From positions 21,328,001 to 21,392,000 of the forward strand of contig OZ316775.1 in assembly GCA_973851085.1 (NCBI GenBank): a stretch of DNA of 64,000 nucleotides, read 5' to 3'. A program made the position numbers and the translations under genes. Under the pieces are notes generated by a model. The model did not search any database, had not been told where the DNA came from, and worked only from the letters and a program-made list of their open reading frames with translations. Positions 39,400-52,990 of this stretch are shown here, piece after piece. Position 1 is the stretch's first letter. Each line of letters opens with the position of its first letter. This stretch comes from Ptychomitrium polyphyllum. Taxonomy: Eukaryota.

Positions 39400-42300
39400 A
39401 TGGACCTGGAGGAGCCCGAGGCGGAGGAAACCTTAGAGCCCTCCGACCATGGCTATATCCCCTGTTTCAATTCCGGGGACTCTTCGCCATCCCGGGATAG
39501 GGGAGAGGAGGAGATTATGATGAGGGATGCGTTGGAGGGGCTGCCGGAGTGGCGGAGTCCCTCGGGGAGTGGCAATGATTGGGGGAGGCGATCGGATGTG
39601 CAGCAATCGCAGGACGAGCAGGATGTGGCGGACGCGATTTCGAAGCGGACTCGAGCTCATTATTCGCTTGCTGATATGTCTCTTGATCAGCTTGAGACGT
39701 TTTTGCAGGAATCGGACGAGGAGGATTATTTCCAGAATGTTGATGATGAAGAGGAGTATCGGAAGTTTCTGGCTGCTGTGCAAGAGAAAGTCGGAGCGCC
39801 GGAGGACGACAAGATGGTAAGACCGCTGAACATCATCATGTAGCGTCCAGTCGATTTCGTTCCTTGCTTCCTTTGGTTTTCTTAAGTAGCCGTGGGTATC
39901 CAGACAATAATTGGGCCCTGTTTACCACAACCTAGGTATGCCCTGGAAATTGCATGTGGATTGGCTGCTTCACTGTTGTCTTGTTACTGCACTTGAATCA
40001 TGTGTTTGTTGTCCGTTTGTAGACGTGGATTTTCAGGCTGATTCGGACAGCTTGAGATCCTATTCCATCTAATTTTTTCTTGAAGCATGACATGTCACAA
40101 ATTTTTTCTTGGAGATGATTTGTTTTGTGCTTGGCATGGAAGCAGGAGAAACTGATCGAAGAGAGCGAGAGTGAGGATGAAGACGCTGATTTCGAGGTTG
40201 AAATTGAGGAAGCTCTGGAAAGTGACATCGAAGAAGGTGTAGATGGAATTGGCCGGAAAAGGAAGCGTACGCGCCGACCCGTGAATAGGGAGAAGCGGCG
40301 TAATAGAGAGAGCCTCCGTACAGAGCGTGCCAAGACTTCATTGAGGCCCTTGCTGCCCTGTTCTGGAAACATCTCAGCTGAGCGGAGCAGGTTTCTGGCA
40401 AGCAGTGACAAGAGACAACCTTCGTATTGTGGATTTACGGCTCATCAGATCGGGCAGATATATTGTTTGATGCATGAGCACGTGCAGCTACTTCTACAAG
40501 TGTATGCCATGTGTGTATTTGAACCAGAAATGCAGCAGGTGGCGGCAAATACTCGCAGAATGTTGATGGAGCTAGTTGAGAAACGAGAGTCTGTTCTATC
40601 GTGGAAAAGATCCGCTTTCCCTGAGTTCTGTTTTCGTCCACCATATATCCACCCTTCTGTCATTGAGGATGAGATTTCTCCCTTTCAAAATTTATTGCCA
40701 GAAACACCTGAAGTTGAGGCTGTTAAGAGCAGAGATGGTGCCTCTTTTCCTCGCATGAATTCCAGTTCAGGTTCTCATTGGCCTAAGACAATTGTTCCGC
40801 TCGATTCCAACTCAACGGAACCAATGGACGACGTTTGCAGAAGTGAATCGGCTCTGTCTTCAACATCAGTTTTTTTGGAATCTTTACCCTTGGCCTGGGT
40901 GCCGGCAACCTCTGGCCCTGTAAGGTCGTTACTGGATGTAGCTCCCCTGACACTCGTAAGGGAATTTACGGAAGTGGTTGATCAGAGTATGTTCTTTGTT
41001 CCTTTTCAAACTCTTTCTATACTCGATTTGATGATTTTGGTTGGTTATGAGGTAAAATTCTACAGTCATCATTACTCGTGCGTTGGACCTATTTTAAGAA
41101 TACGATGCATTGCAGTTGTCCAGGCCTCCAATCAGCAGCATTTCTCAGTCGGAATTGCAATACCAGAACATTCGCGAGCCCCGGTTTTTGCAGTTCGATT
41201 GCAAGTGAGTCAAATTCCGAAGTCAGCTTGTGAACGGGTTAGAGCACACTCATCTCCTAATATCAAAAGGACAATGGCAGCAGCACTTGTGGAGAGTACC
41301 AAGAAGCAATCTATAGCATTGGTTCCAAAGGATATTGCAACAGCTATGGATCGATTTTATCGGCTGTTTAACAAAAGTCTGTTTCCGCACAGAGTACCTC
41401 CTGCCACTGCTGCGAATAGACTGTTGTTTACAGATGCTGAGGATGAGTGAGTTTCATCGTGACCTCGTAACATTGATTGTAATTCTTCTGCTGCCGGTTA
41501 TCCTTATTAATGTAGAGAGCTGAACATCATCTCATGGTTTTTCCGCTTTAACATGTCAAAGGTTATTGGCGATGGGACTCATGACCTACAACAACGATTG
41601 GAAGGCTATCCAGGAGCGCTTTTTGCCATCCAAGTCGATGCATCAGGTTCAGTTCAATCACACGGTTTCGTCTTATGTTCAAGCAATGGTGTTTGTTTCA
41701 TGTGTTTTAACTTCTTTTACTCTTTGTGGCCTCTTGCATTCATCATGGTATTATGTTAAAGGTCGTTAATCATAGTGTTGCGCGTTTGTAATGTTCCAAA
41801 CTGCTTCTTAATGTTCGTTTCTCTTGAAGAGTTACTGGAAAATGCTCCCAAGTTGTTAGAAATTCCTAAGTAGGTCCTGGTAGTGTAAATGTTGACTGTA
41901 CATTGCAGAGGTCAATATCAAGCATGATTCTCTTTATGTGTGACTTACATGGAGATATGTTAGCGCAACATCTTATGTTGGAGAGCTGTGTTTGCAGATT
42001 TTTGTCAGGCAGAAGAATCGCAGTTCCGCGAAAGCTCCACACAATTCTATAAAGGTGTGTTTTTGGCATAAAATGATTTTGTTTGGTCTTTATGTCCTCT
42101 GCTTGTTCTGTAAATTTGTAGGTTTGCGTCCTGTGGTCGTTGGCCAACTGCTACATCTCTGGAAGTCAATGAATGGAAGAAACTAGTTAGTCGCAATCAT
42201 TGTGTCTAGGTAGCGCCAGTAAGAATCGGACGTGACAGCTTCTTATAAAATCTATGGTATCTATCCATTACCATATGCAGATTTCGAGATTGTATCATTA

Positions 42301-43453
42301 TATCTTTTTGGGTGTTTCAATGGATTTACTGATCTGATACATGGATGCTTATTTCAGGCCGTGAGGAGAATGAAATCGTCCCCATTAACCGCAGATGAGA
42401 TTGCCTGTATTGAAGAGGTGGGTTGTACCCCATTAATTGATTGCTGATGTTGAGTCTTTTATTTCAAGCTAGAAAGATGCTGATTTGTAGTGTTGCTTTC
42501 TGTGCGAGTTGTCTTCATGTGATCTTTCAAACATAACATCAGATGCCATTCCAGCGATATGTGTAAGATTATATTCTGGCTCTTATTTGTAGAGACGTAA
42601 TAACTTGTGCAGGCACTGAAGGAGTACAAGTATGACTGGACCAAAGTGTGTCATCACTGTGTACCGCATCGGGACCCAGCAACGCTTCCTCGGCAATGGC
42701 GGGTTGCCCTTGGCACTCAGAAATCCTACAAGGCCAGTGTGAACAACAAAGAAAAGCGTAGACTTCATGATGCGCGACGGTGCCAGGGTTTTGCTGGCAC
42801 ATCTCAAATTTGTCCATCTGCGGTATTCACGAGACCTATAATATCTGACGTGTATTGACACGCTATTAATGTGTGAGAGTCTTGCATAGTTTGTTGAACG
42901 GACGAAGTGTAACCATACCGGATTATGGTGTACGCAGGGATCAGTTTATTCTGAGCACTACGAGGCTGGCAGCTGCGATGATGGGCATTGTGGGCTGGAA
43001 AACTCGCAGTTTCATTCAGAGGGAACTTTAGGTGATTTGTGCACTTCGCCTGCAACCAGCCATCTGCCTAATGAAATTCCCTTGACTTTAAATCCTGTCC
43101 ATTCTTTTTCTACCACCTCTTCAAAGCAAGGGAATTTAGCAAGTGGCGAAAGACAAGCATATGGTACTTCATGTTTTGGTACGCTCGGCACTCAGTTGAA
43201 ATCCTCCAAACGTGTAAATCCTAAAGAATGCAGTTGGCCACCAACTTATAACTCTCTTCCTAAAGACAATCAAACTGTGAAGCTGGCCCCTGGATTGCCA
43301 CCGCTCAAACTTCCACCTTCTGTTCGGGTCCTGTCTCATTCAGGCACTAAACTTCTGGGAATTCCTAGTGTCCATGGCTGCGATGTAAAGGCTGGTTCTG
43401 AATATTCCACAACTAACTCCTGCCTAGGTCCTTTGGCTGGACAAAGGAAATAA
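39400..43453 (+). CDS. DUO3: DUO POLLEN 3-like homeodomain/SANT-like protein (GON4L/YY1AP1-related), ~838 aa
   Basis: Exons 39400-39816, 40146-40986, 41116-41446, 41562-41646, 41998-42054, 42358-42417, 42613-42822 and 42938-43453. Motifs DAISKRTRAHYSL..LDQLETFLQESDEEDYFQNVDDEEEYRKFLAAV, LFTDAEDELLAMGLMTYNNDWKAIQERFLPSK, PHRDPATLPRQWRVALGTQKSYK and VKLAPGLPPLKLPPSVRVLS. Confidence 0.88.
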
Positions 43454-44171
43454 AGCCGGGGTAAATGAATGGTGCGTTCAAATCATATCCAAGCAGGAGT
43501 TTCAATCATTTGCATTATCTAGCAATCAGCAGAATTTCCATTTTTGAAGTGCATCACATATTTGCATAGAGTCTTAGAAGTGGGCATATCGTGCCCAGAA
43601 CAGTTTTGTGTGAGTATCTAATACCAGTGATATCTGTTATCGTTTTGAACTACGATATTCTATGGCTTATCTTGTTTATATTCAAGTGCTGTAGTAGGTG
43701 CTATCAAAAAATTACGATTCTTTCTATTAATTTCCTTTTATGTTCTAAAGAGTTATTTAGTTTAGAATTTTATAAGCCACACCGTCATAGAAGCAATCTG
43801 GTATTTGAAAACAATCGAACTTAGTCGTTTGGAATCACATTAGGCCTCGATTAACCACGGGTGGCTTTGGTATCCACCAGTGACTTGGGCTGCCTGGCTT
43901 GTTGATAATCTTGCACCTAAAGAAAAGTCGTAATTGTGCCCAAGTGTACCGTAGGCAAGGGTCAGGTTTAACAGAAAATAATTGAAGAATTATTGGTATT
44001 TATTATATAATGCATGGTATATTTTCATTTAATGATTGTACTATGCATCAAATGTGTTATAAAATGTGGAAATTGTAGACAAAATTAAAATGTATTTTGG
44101 TGGAGAGGACACAATTAAGTCTAGGTACAAGATCAAATAGCAATGACCTGCAATTCCAACTTAGCCTACAT

Positions 44172-44236
44172 AAGTTTATAATATAAAGATAATATAGGCT
44201 TGAAAGTTTATAATATAAAGATAATATAGGCTTGAA
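44172..44236. repeat. 32-bp exact tandem duplication
   Basis: aagtttataatataaagataatataggcttga occurs twice, in the 3' flank of the OMT. Confidence 0.9.
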
Positions 44237-44433
44237 TAGAGAAAATTAGCAATCCAGTTATGAAATCATATATTATCGTATGACATTGTTCCAAACAAAA
44301 AGTCTTAATTTACTTATTGATTACGTAGGATGTCTAGTTTGTCCAATTGAGAGGATACCTACGTTTTGAGGGCACCCCTGCCTACAACGCCTACAATACC
44401 GTAGAGGAGTTGCCTCCCAGTGGGTTCAACAAA

Positions 44434-46039
44434 TCAAACTTTGTGAAACTCAAAGACGCCCATTGCGTCAACTTTGCAGATGACCCTAAGTTGCTTGAAC
44501 CCCGCAGCCAAGCCCAGCTTGCGCATGTCGGATTCTGATCGCTCACGGCCGTTGTTGCTCCACACAAGCATGTGGATGTCAGACTGTAAAGCTACAGGGT
44601 CACCTCCTTCAAAGTCAATGATTTCTGGTATCAGATGCTCTATTGATATCACTTTCCCTTGTGCCGGTAGAGCCTCATAACACCTCTTCAAGATCTTGAC
44701 GCAGACCTCGTCTTCCCAACCGTGCAGTATGAACTGATGACATAAAATTGAAGAACAATGTGAGATTACAAGTTGCATGCATTTGTCAATTCTCTTACCC
44801 ATTGAATTCCATGAACTAAATATTGTTTGAATCTTTCTATTCAAGAGGGGAACAATGAGTCGCCCGTTTCATGATTTGGATAGTAGAACGTACGGCTTCT
44901 CCAACCTCTACGAAAAAGTTTCAAAGTCTATTCTAAAATTTCCAAATTCTACTTCAAGACCGCACTGGCAGCATGGACCATCAAATGCGATTGCCTGTAT
45001 TCATCTCTGATTTCTGTGACCATGATACAGTATATGTGCTTGGTTCATATTACTTTCAGGAATGAATCCCGCAGAGATTTAGAGCACATGCAGGCGGAAG
45101 TTGGGGTGAAAGACAGACCTTTATAATGATAGCGTCACCGCCTGAGGGGATGGATTCAAACATGTCCCCACCCACGTGCTCCACTCCTGCCAAAGTCTCC
45201 ATTCAGGTTCACAAAACATACTTGACGCCATAATGCAGCGATTATAGCAGTATGAAAAAGTTCAATTGCAGTTCATAATTAACCAACTTCTCACCTGGCC
45301 ACTGAGGGGCTGCAGCGATCACTTGAGGCTGGTCGAGGTTAATTGCCTTGATATGTGGGTATCGAGCAGTGATACAACCAAGGAGAGCACCAGAACCACC
45401 TCCCACATCTACCAGCACCTTCACTTTATCAAACCCATGGTACATATCAAGCAGGGACGGCAAGGAAGCCTTGGAGATCCCGACCATGGCCTTATTGAAC
45501 ACCTCACCACGTTCTGGGTTCTCCTTGTAGTAAGCCCAGGCATTGGCCACACCATTCGCTGTGGCGTTTGGTGCGATTGCATCGTTAAGAATATACTCGT
45601 GTACATGCTCCATCGGTTCCCAGTACGAGGTGTGATGCATCAGGTGCAATAAGTTTAGGTAGGAGCCGTTCTCCGTGTCGTTGACCAGGAGCCGTCCCAA
45701 TGGCTCGAGGGCGAATCGACGCTCAGTCATTGCGGCGTCCTGGCCCCCTGTCACAACCTCACGCAGCACCTTCTTGGCGCACATCATACGCAGGAGCCTT
45801 TCGAGGTAGTTTAAGTTGACGGACTTCCCCGGTAATGCAATCGCCGCAAGCTCGTGGCTCGTTAGCTGCGCGTCGTCGCCTGCTTGAGCCAGCGCCTCGA
45901 AGATGTTGAGCTTCGCGAGAGCGAGTGCTATGCTGGGGACGGCTGCCATTGACGCGAGCTCATAGGCAGCTAATCTTGCACTGTTAACGCTCGCCGGCGG
46001 TTTCGTGTGGACAACATCATCATGGCTTGCCAAGCCCAT
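44434..46039 (-). CDS. Class II (COMT-like) SAM-dependent O-methyltransferase
   Basis: Exons 46039-45295, 45187-45120 and 44733-44434. Dimerisation domain ([19 protein letters not shown]), [57 protein letters not shown] and GRERSE. Confidence 0.95.
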
Positions 46040-46506
46040 CTTGATGTATACTAAAAGTGTGCAACACAAGGTGATTCAGGCACACCTGCAGACTTCGATT
46101 CAGAATGTGAACCTTGAAGTTCTGCTCCCCACTCGAGAATTTATACCCATCTTGACGCTTTTTGCGTGCTCCCAGGCTAAATCATAGACATATTCAGCTC
46201 CTTTTAAATAAGAACTGCACTCCCTTTTGGGGGCCCGAGTGACGGAGCTGGTCTATGACCTACCAGGACAAATCAACTTACGAATGTCCCCGTACACCTT
46301 CATGTCATATCATTCTAGAACAACAGGCCTCGCCACTAAATCCACCGCTCCATCACAGGAGGTCCTTCGACACTACCTCCAACAGCAGGTATGCCACTTG
46401 GGAGCTCGTGAGTATTTAGAATCAACGCATAAGGCAGCAGGGGTCTTCATCGTTGCACTTTGCAGTTACTTGACTCGCAGACTTCATTCACGTTCCGTCA
46501 CGCCTG

Positions 46507-46672
46507 CCTCCATCCTCCATCCTCCCTCCATCCTCCATCCTCCATCCATCCTCCATCCTCCATCCTCCATCCTCCATCCACCCTCCATCCTCCATCCTCC
46601 ATCCTCCCTCCATCCTCCCTCCATCCTCCATCCATCCTCCATCCTCCATCCTCCATCCACCCTCCATCCTCC
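46507..46672. repeat. Pyrimidine-rich (CCTCCAT/CCAT)n microsatellite upstream of the OMT
   Basis: ~165 bp made only of CCTCCAT, CCAT and CCCT units. It explains the spurious ILHPPS and GGWRME ORFs. Confidence 0.92.
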
Positions 46673-48873
46673 AAGGTTCAGAGTCAACAGGGGAGGGAGA
46701 TTGGCCTGGCCCTGGCCTGGGGCTGGGCCGCTGGATAGCCTAATTAACTTTTGTGAAACATGACAACTTTTAGTAGCCTTAGATATCATTCTTGGAAGAG
46801 TTAAAAGAAGTTCTAGTATTCCCAATAATTGTGACAAGTTTGTCATTGATGTGAAGTGCCTTTATGGAAAGTGTGGTTTAATGTCCACTACACTAATTTT
46901 TTCTCAAGATGATAACTTTTTACACATGATGGAATTTTTGCCAAAAGTAAATTGTTGGTACTACTCATGTAGAAGTATCACTATAAATATAGTTGGTAAA
47001 AAGAAAATCATCAAGAATAGAAAGTTATAGCATTTTTAAATTAGTTAGTTTAATGGACATTTTATGTAATGCAATGGATGTGTATAGTTCTTTTGTTCAA
47101 TGATATCTTTTACTAATTTTCAATTGGTGAGGTTCTCAATGTTCTAAGAAATTATTACAATAGTTAATTATATTTAAAAAATTAGTACTACTACAGTTAG
47201 TACATCATACCAAAAAACCTCCTACTTAAGCAACATCATTGGAAATTCATGGCACAATGTTATTCTCAAAGAATAGGTATTAACTTCTTCTCATTTCTAT
47301 AAAACAAAATATGTCTAAAAATAGAATAAACGCTAATATACACTAAAAATTACTAATATACATATTTGTAAAGAACATCACCATAAATTTCAAAAAAGAA
47401 TATAAAAGTTGTTGTGGATATTCTAAGATGTAAAAGTAATTGTCTCCAAAAAATCGTTGAAGCCAAAATAGAATCAAATTCAAGTAAAGAAACAAAGTGG
47501 AATTTAATAGTCATTTGATAATTTATAAAACTTCGTTTTTTTTAAAATAATTTTATTATTTGAAATTTCTAAAATTCCAACAAAATTAATGAACATTTGG
47601 ATATATAAAAACATAAAAACATTGAATATCTTCTTATTTTTGTTGCAAAATAATTTCTAATAGTATTTGATAGAAGTTAAGTTATTAGTTTTCAATAATC
47701 TTCTCTAAAGCCTCTAAATGCATATATTTATAGCCACTTTCTTTACATTTGCAACTCTTTGTAGTTGCAATCACTTGATACCAAGTAGTTTGAAGATTTG
47801 ACTAACTTTTTATTATATATTCTTTATTTTAAATATTGAAGGTTTTGAAGTACAAGCTTGGATCTTCAATACTAAGCTTTACAATCATGTTTTCTTTTTG
47901 AAAATTTGCACTTTGTATTGTATCTTTAGCTTTAGTAGAATATAAATTTATCAACCATTTATTTTTGCATAAAATTGTGCATGAAAGTTGTTTTTAATAT
48001 GCATTTGATTGTGAGGATTATGAATCAAAGTAAGAAGAAAATCATTCAAACTATTATTAATACTAGGTTGGAAAGATTGATTTTTATGATTTGCCAAAAG
48101 TACGTTGTTTGTGGTATTAACATTATTTTGTAGTAGAAATTACCTACAATATCTTGATTGCATGGTTTTCTTTAATCAATTAACTTGCAATTTCTTTTTC
48201 AAAGTAATAGCTTTTTACCAACTATGGCTATTAAAATAATAAAATCATAATCCAAATAAACATTTTGATGATTTCTAAATTTGAACATACTCTTATATAT
48301 AACATAAATTCAAAACTATTTGATTTTAATATTGAGCCAATAGTTTAAATAAAATCTAGAATTATGTTTATTTTTTAATTTGCACATTTGGAAGGTTTGT
48401 ATTGCAAAAGTAAAACCTTATTTTTCTAAGGTTAAAAAATCATCAATCATATTTGAAGGTTTAAAAAACATATTTCAAAATTTCTAACCTCTCTAACTAT
48501 TTTGGACATGTTATTGCAATTTATTGGATGTAATAATGGGAGCTTTTTAAGTTACATTAGGAACCTCCAAAATGCTAAGTTATTAAAAGGAGCTATTAAT
48601 ACCTTCTTTTTTTATGCACCAAATTGTAACACCACCTCAATGGCATTAAATTATTAAAATTTTGCATTTAGAAGGAATTACTTCTACATTATAAGTTTGC
48701 ACCACTATTAAGTGAGCTTCAAATTATTGCATAATTTTTTGTTTGTAAGCCGTCTTACTATTTGTAGAATACTAAAATTCTCATTAAAATAATAATTATA
48801 AATCCTGCATATACAATTCACATTAAAAGACAAAGAGGTTTTGTTTGTCAATGTAGTTCTATAAGGTTCTTGC

Positions 48874-49581
48874 TGTCATGAACATAAATCATGCAATATA
48901 GTTCTTAGAACATTCTAGATTCTTCTAGTATACTATAATAGCTTCTTAGAATACTTTTAAATATCTCCATAACTTTTCCATGTTTTTAGGAAGCTTCTTA
49001 GAAAAGTTCCTCCACCTTAAGAAATTTCCTAGAAGGTTTCATCACCTTAGAAAACTTCCTAGGAAGGTTCCATCATCTTAAAAAACTTCCTAGGAAGGTT
49101 CCATCATCTTAGAAAACTTCCTAGGAAAGTTCTACTACCTCAAGAAACATGCTGGGAAGATTCTACCTCTTTAAGAAACTTCCTAAGAAGGTTTTGCTAT
49201 CTTAGGAAACTTCCAAGGAAGGTTCCAACTTCTTGGAAGCTTCTTAGGAAGGTTCTAAGATCTTAGAAAATTTCTTAGGAAGGTTCCTTAAACTTCTAGA
49301 ACATTCTTAAGCCTTGTAGGAAGCTTCTTTAGAAGTATCCTAAGAGATACAAACGTTATAGTATAAATAGGAGGTAAGACAAGGTATTCCTTAGTCTTGC
49401 CAACACAAATTGTGGATCATCTTGAATCCTGCCTTGTTCTAGCCTTTGTATCAATTTCTTGTTAATTATTAGCTCTTTGGAAGCTAATTCTTGGGAAACA
49501 CTTCGTTTCTGCTTCTTGTTTCTTGTGTCTAACACTTGCAATCTATGAAATTGGACTTTAGATTTCCACCTAGCATCATCA
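48874..49581 (+). mobile_element. Solo-LTR-like retrotransposon relic containing ~10 x 31-bp tandem repeats
   Basis: Begins TGTCATG and ends near CATCA. The U3-like array of agaaaacttcctaggaaggttccatcatctt (~48986-49290) is followed by TATAAATAGGAGG at 49342. No clean target-site duplication was found. Confidence 0.55.
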
Positions 49582-50039
49582 ATTTTAATACCAGTTCTAT
49601 ATAGTTCAAGTGCTGATCACTTTAAAAAGCCTTTTGCAATGTTTTTCCATTCTTCTACATAAAAAACTAAAAGAATTTAAAATGTTTTGTATAAGCCTTT
49701 CATACCAATAAAGCAAAGCCAATTATTAAGTTGACTTTCAATTTACATGTTCTTTTAATCATACGTTAATAAAAGATAGTAATAGACATATTTGTGCTAT
49801 GAACTAAAAATAAGCATCATGTACATTAAATTTTATGCAAATTGATTTATTACTCAAACATTTAAGAATATAAGCTCATATTGTAATGGTGTTTATAAAA
49901 ATTGTTTTTGGTATATATTAAAATGAATCAATACACATCAAATTCTAGGAATTTTTTTAAAATGCAAAAAAAATTGAGTATTAATATTAATAAATTTTTA
50001 TCATTTTTTTAACATCAAATATGTAGGTTATATATGCAT

Positions 50040-50350
50040 ATAGACCTAGAAGTTGTAAATGGTGGAGAAGATGGAAAGGATTAAGAGATCAATAGAAAAT
50101 GGACTCATTTTTAATTAAGAAGGAGAATATTAATCTCCAAGATTTTGATACTTTATCTAATTACTCTATTTTTCACCAATATTATTGCTAATAAATTTTC
50201 TACCAATATTACTTTTATCAATGGTAGTAATTTTCTTAAGAATTATTAAAGATTTTAATAGAATAGAAATTTCAATGCTAATATTTATATAGAAAAAGTT
50301 ATATAGACTGCTAATTTTTTATTCACTTTAAGTAATGACAAGGGATTGAA
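50040..50350 (+). pseudogene. Highly degenerate RNase H-like (RVT_3, non-LTR retroelement) fragment
   Basis: Frameshifted peptides WKGLR..IENG..(E)GENINLQ..IIKDFNRIEIS..IYIEK..TANF follow the order of the RVT_3 consensus as I recall it (W.GL..A...G....EGDS....HIYRE.N..ADF). Confidence 0.35.
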
Positions 50351-52222
50351 GGAAAATAAGATGCCATGACTTGTGCTACATTTTAATTTGAATGGTTAAT
50401 ATTATAATCTTAAAGGATGATTATAAAAACCAAGATTTTAAAAAATGGTCTAAAAAAATTGGTAGTTGGCAGTTTTTAAAAGATAGATATTTACATCATT
50501 ATACTGCTTAGATGAAGCACCTAAAAATAAGGGCTAATAATTGTATGAATATCTTAGACATAACTTTTGTTCCAAAAATTAAAGATTCTTTTTTAACTTT
50601 GTTAATTATATAAATTCCTTATAACATCTTTTACTATTGTAATCTTTTTGAAAATTTAACTTTGAATATATTAATTCCTCTTTTGTGATACATATAATGT
50701 TCTTAAAGCAAATGAAAGTAATTCCTTATGTTCTACCTTAATGTGTCTTGCAAGATATTATAACAAGCCGCAAAATGCAACTACGTGAATACATTATTTG
50801 TAAGCATTAGGAAGTTGGAACTTACAATGCTTATTATTGATAGTTATATTATAATTTATTAAAAAAATTACAACACTAGAAAGCACAAAATTAGGCATTT
50901 AAATTGTATTTTTTGAATAACTTGAAATTAATATTAATATAAAAAAATCGTTTGTCCTTCCAATGTAAAAATGTCTCTTCTTAAAAAAGAAATTTTAAAA
51001 TTAGGATTGTACATTTATCACAATTTCATTTCTATTATTAGAACTAATACAATTACTAAAAGTGAAAAGCACTTCATAATCCAATATTTTCATATAGGTT
51101 CTTTTATATCTAGAATATGAGATAATAATTTTTATTCATAATGATATCTTTAACCTCCATTACTTCCTTTCAATACATGACATGTTATGGATTTGTTTGC
51201 TCCCATACAATAGAATTTAATTGTTAAGTCCTCTACAAAGCGGAAGGTTTAGCAAAGCACACTACAAAACTCGTTTTGCCATGAAAAAGAACAAAAATGT
51301 ATTTCAAAGTTCTTTTGATAAACCAAGCCAACATTAAATCCTCCTAGGTACCCAAAGCTCTTTCAACCACTCTCCAAAAATGAGAGTGCTTTGATGTTTG
51401 TGTCAAAGATTATCAAGGACCATAATTAATAAGAAAAACACACTCTAGAAATACAAGGTGAGAAAGATCTACTCAAGTATAGGAATTTGAATGAAAAGTT
51501 TAGAATGCAATTATGGACAATTCACCTTATTGTTACACTGTTATGTTACTTCGTTGTGATGTCCCATCGTGGTTCAAGTTTCTCTGCTGCACAATAAGTC
51601 ATGTACAGAGTTTCATCTGCTTTTGCAAGATGATTCATTGCATAGCTTTTGTTCAGTCGAATGTCGTACAGGTCAGACGATCCTTCTGGAAAAAACCTGT
51701 TGCTGAATGAGTAGTTCAAGTAGGGAGAGGTAGATCTGCTTTGGCAGATACGTATAATAATCTTCCAGGCTACACCTCCCCTCAAAGTATCACCTTTAGA
51801 ATGCATGCACCCCCAAATGAGAATCCTATTGGTATATGTAAATGTTAATTTAAGTATCCAGCTGTGCACACTAGCCGTATGAGCAGGAGTAGGTCCAAAA
51901 AATTGTTTTTCCTCGGAAGGCTTTCTGGGCTTAAAAACCTGATTTATAGCGCACCAATAGATTTTCCAAAAGCATATTGAACAGGTCAAAAAAGCAAATG
52001 GAGGTGTACCTTAGGTATGTATTAGGACGTCACAGGGCTGCACACTGCAAAGTGATCTTAGGGTGTAATCTCAGGTTCCACAGATGTAAATTGTAAATAA
52101 GTGCGACAGGATTAGATTTCACCAGCTGCACCGGCCACTACTGGGATCGTTTGTCAACAAGAACGTGAAGCCCAACGTTCTAAAACAAGTGTTAGAACCA
52201 GTGCATGATAACACTTTTGCCA

Positions 52223-52990
52223 AAACAAATAAAGAAGGTCGGCCTATACTAATGAGGTGTACAACATAAGTTTAAACAAACAAAAATGGTCGGCCTACTC
52301 TAATGAGGTGTACAACATAAGTTTAAACAAACAAAGAAGGTCGGCCTACTCTAATGAGGTGTACAACATAAAATTAAACAAACAAAAATGGTCGGCCTAC
52401 TCTAATGAGGTGTACAACATAAGTTTAAACAAACAAAGAAGGTCGGCCTACTCTAATGAGGTGTACAACATAAGTTTAAACAAACAAAAATGGTTGGCCT
52501 ACTCTAATGAGGTGTACAACATAAGTTTAAACAAACAAAGAAGGTCGGCCTACTCTAATGAGGTGTACAACATAAGTTTAAACAAACAAAGAAGGTCGGC
52601 CTACTCTAATGAGGTGTACAACATAAGTTTAAACAAACAAAAATGGTCGGCCTACTCTAATGAAGTGTACAACATAAGTTTAAACAAACAAAGAAGGTCG
52701 GCCTACTCTAATGAGGTGTACAACATAAGTTTAAACAAACAAAGAAGGTCGGCCTACTCTAATGAGGTGTACAACATAAGTTTAAACAAACAAAGAAGGT
52801 CGGCCTACTCTAATGAGGTGTACAACATAAGTTTAAACAAACAAAGAAGGTCGGCCTACTCTAATGAGGTGTACAACATAAGTTTAAACAAACAAAAATG
52901 GTCGGCCTACTCTAATGAGGTGTACAACATAAGTTTAAACAAACAAAGAAGGTCGGCCTACTCTAATGAGGTGTACAACATAAGTTTAAA
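52223..52990. repeat. 51-bp minisatellite, ~15 copies, two sequence variants
   Basis: Unit aaacaaacaaa(gaa|aat)ggtcggcctactctaatgaggtgtacaacataagttt, followed by degenerate tttaggg motifs at ~52997-53033. Confidence 0.97.

Noticed and set aside
46227..46846. ORFs with ILHPPS / GGWRME repeats
   Set aside because: These are translations of the CCTCCAT microsatellite.
51546..51989. 147-aa minus-strand ORF next to the satellite
   Set aside because: Non-ATG start, no recognisable domain and no supporting splice structure.
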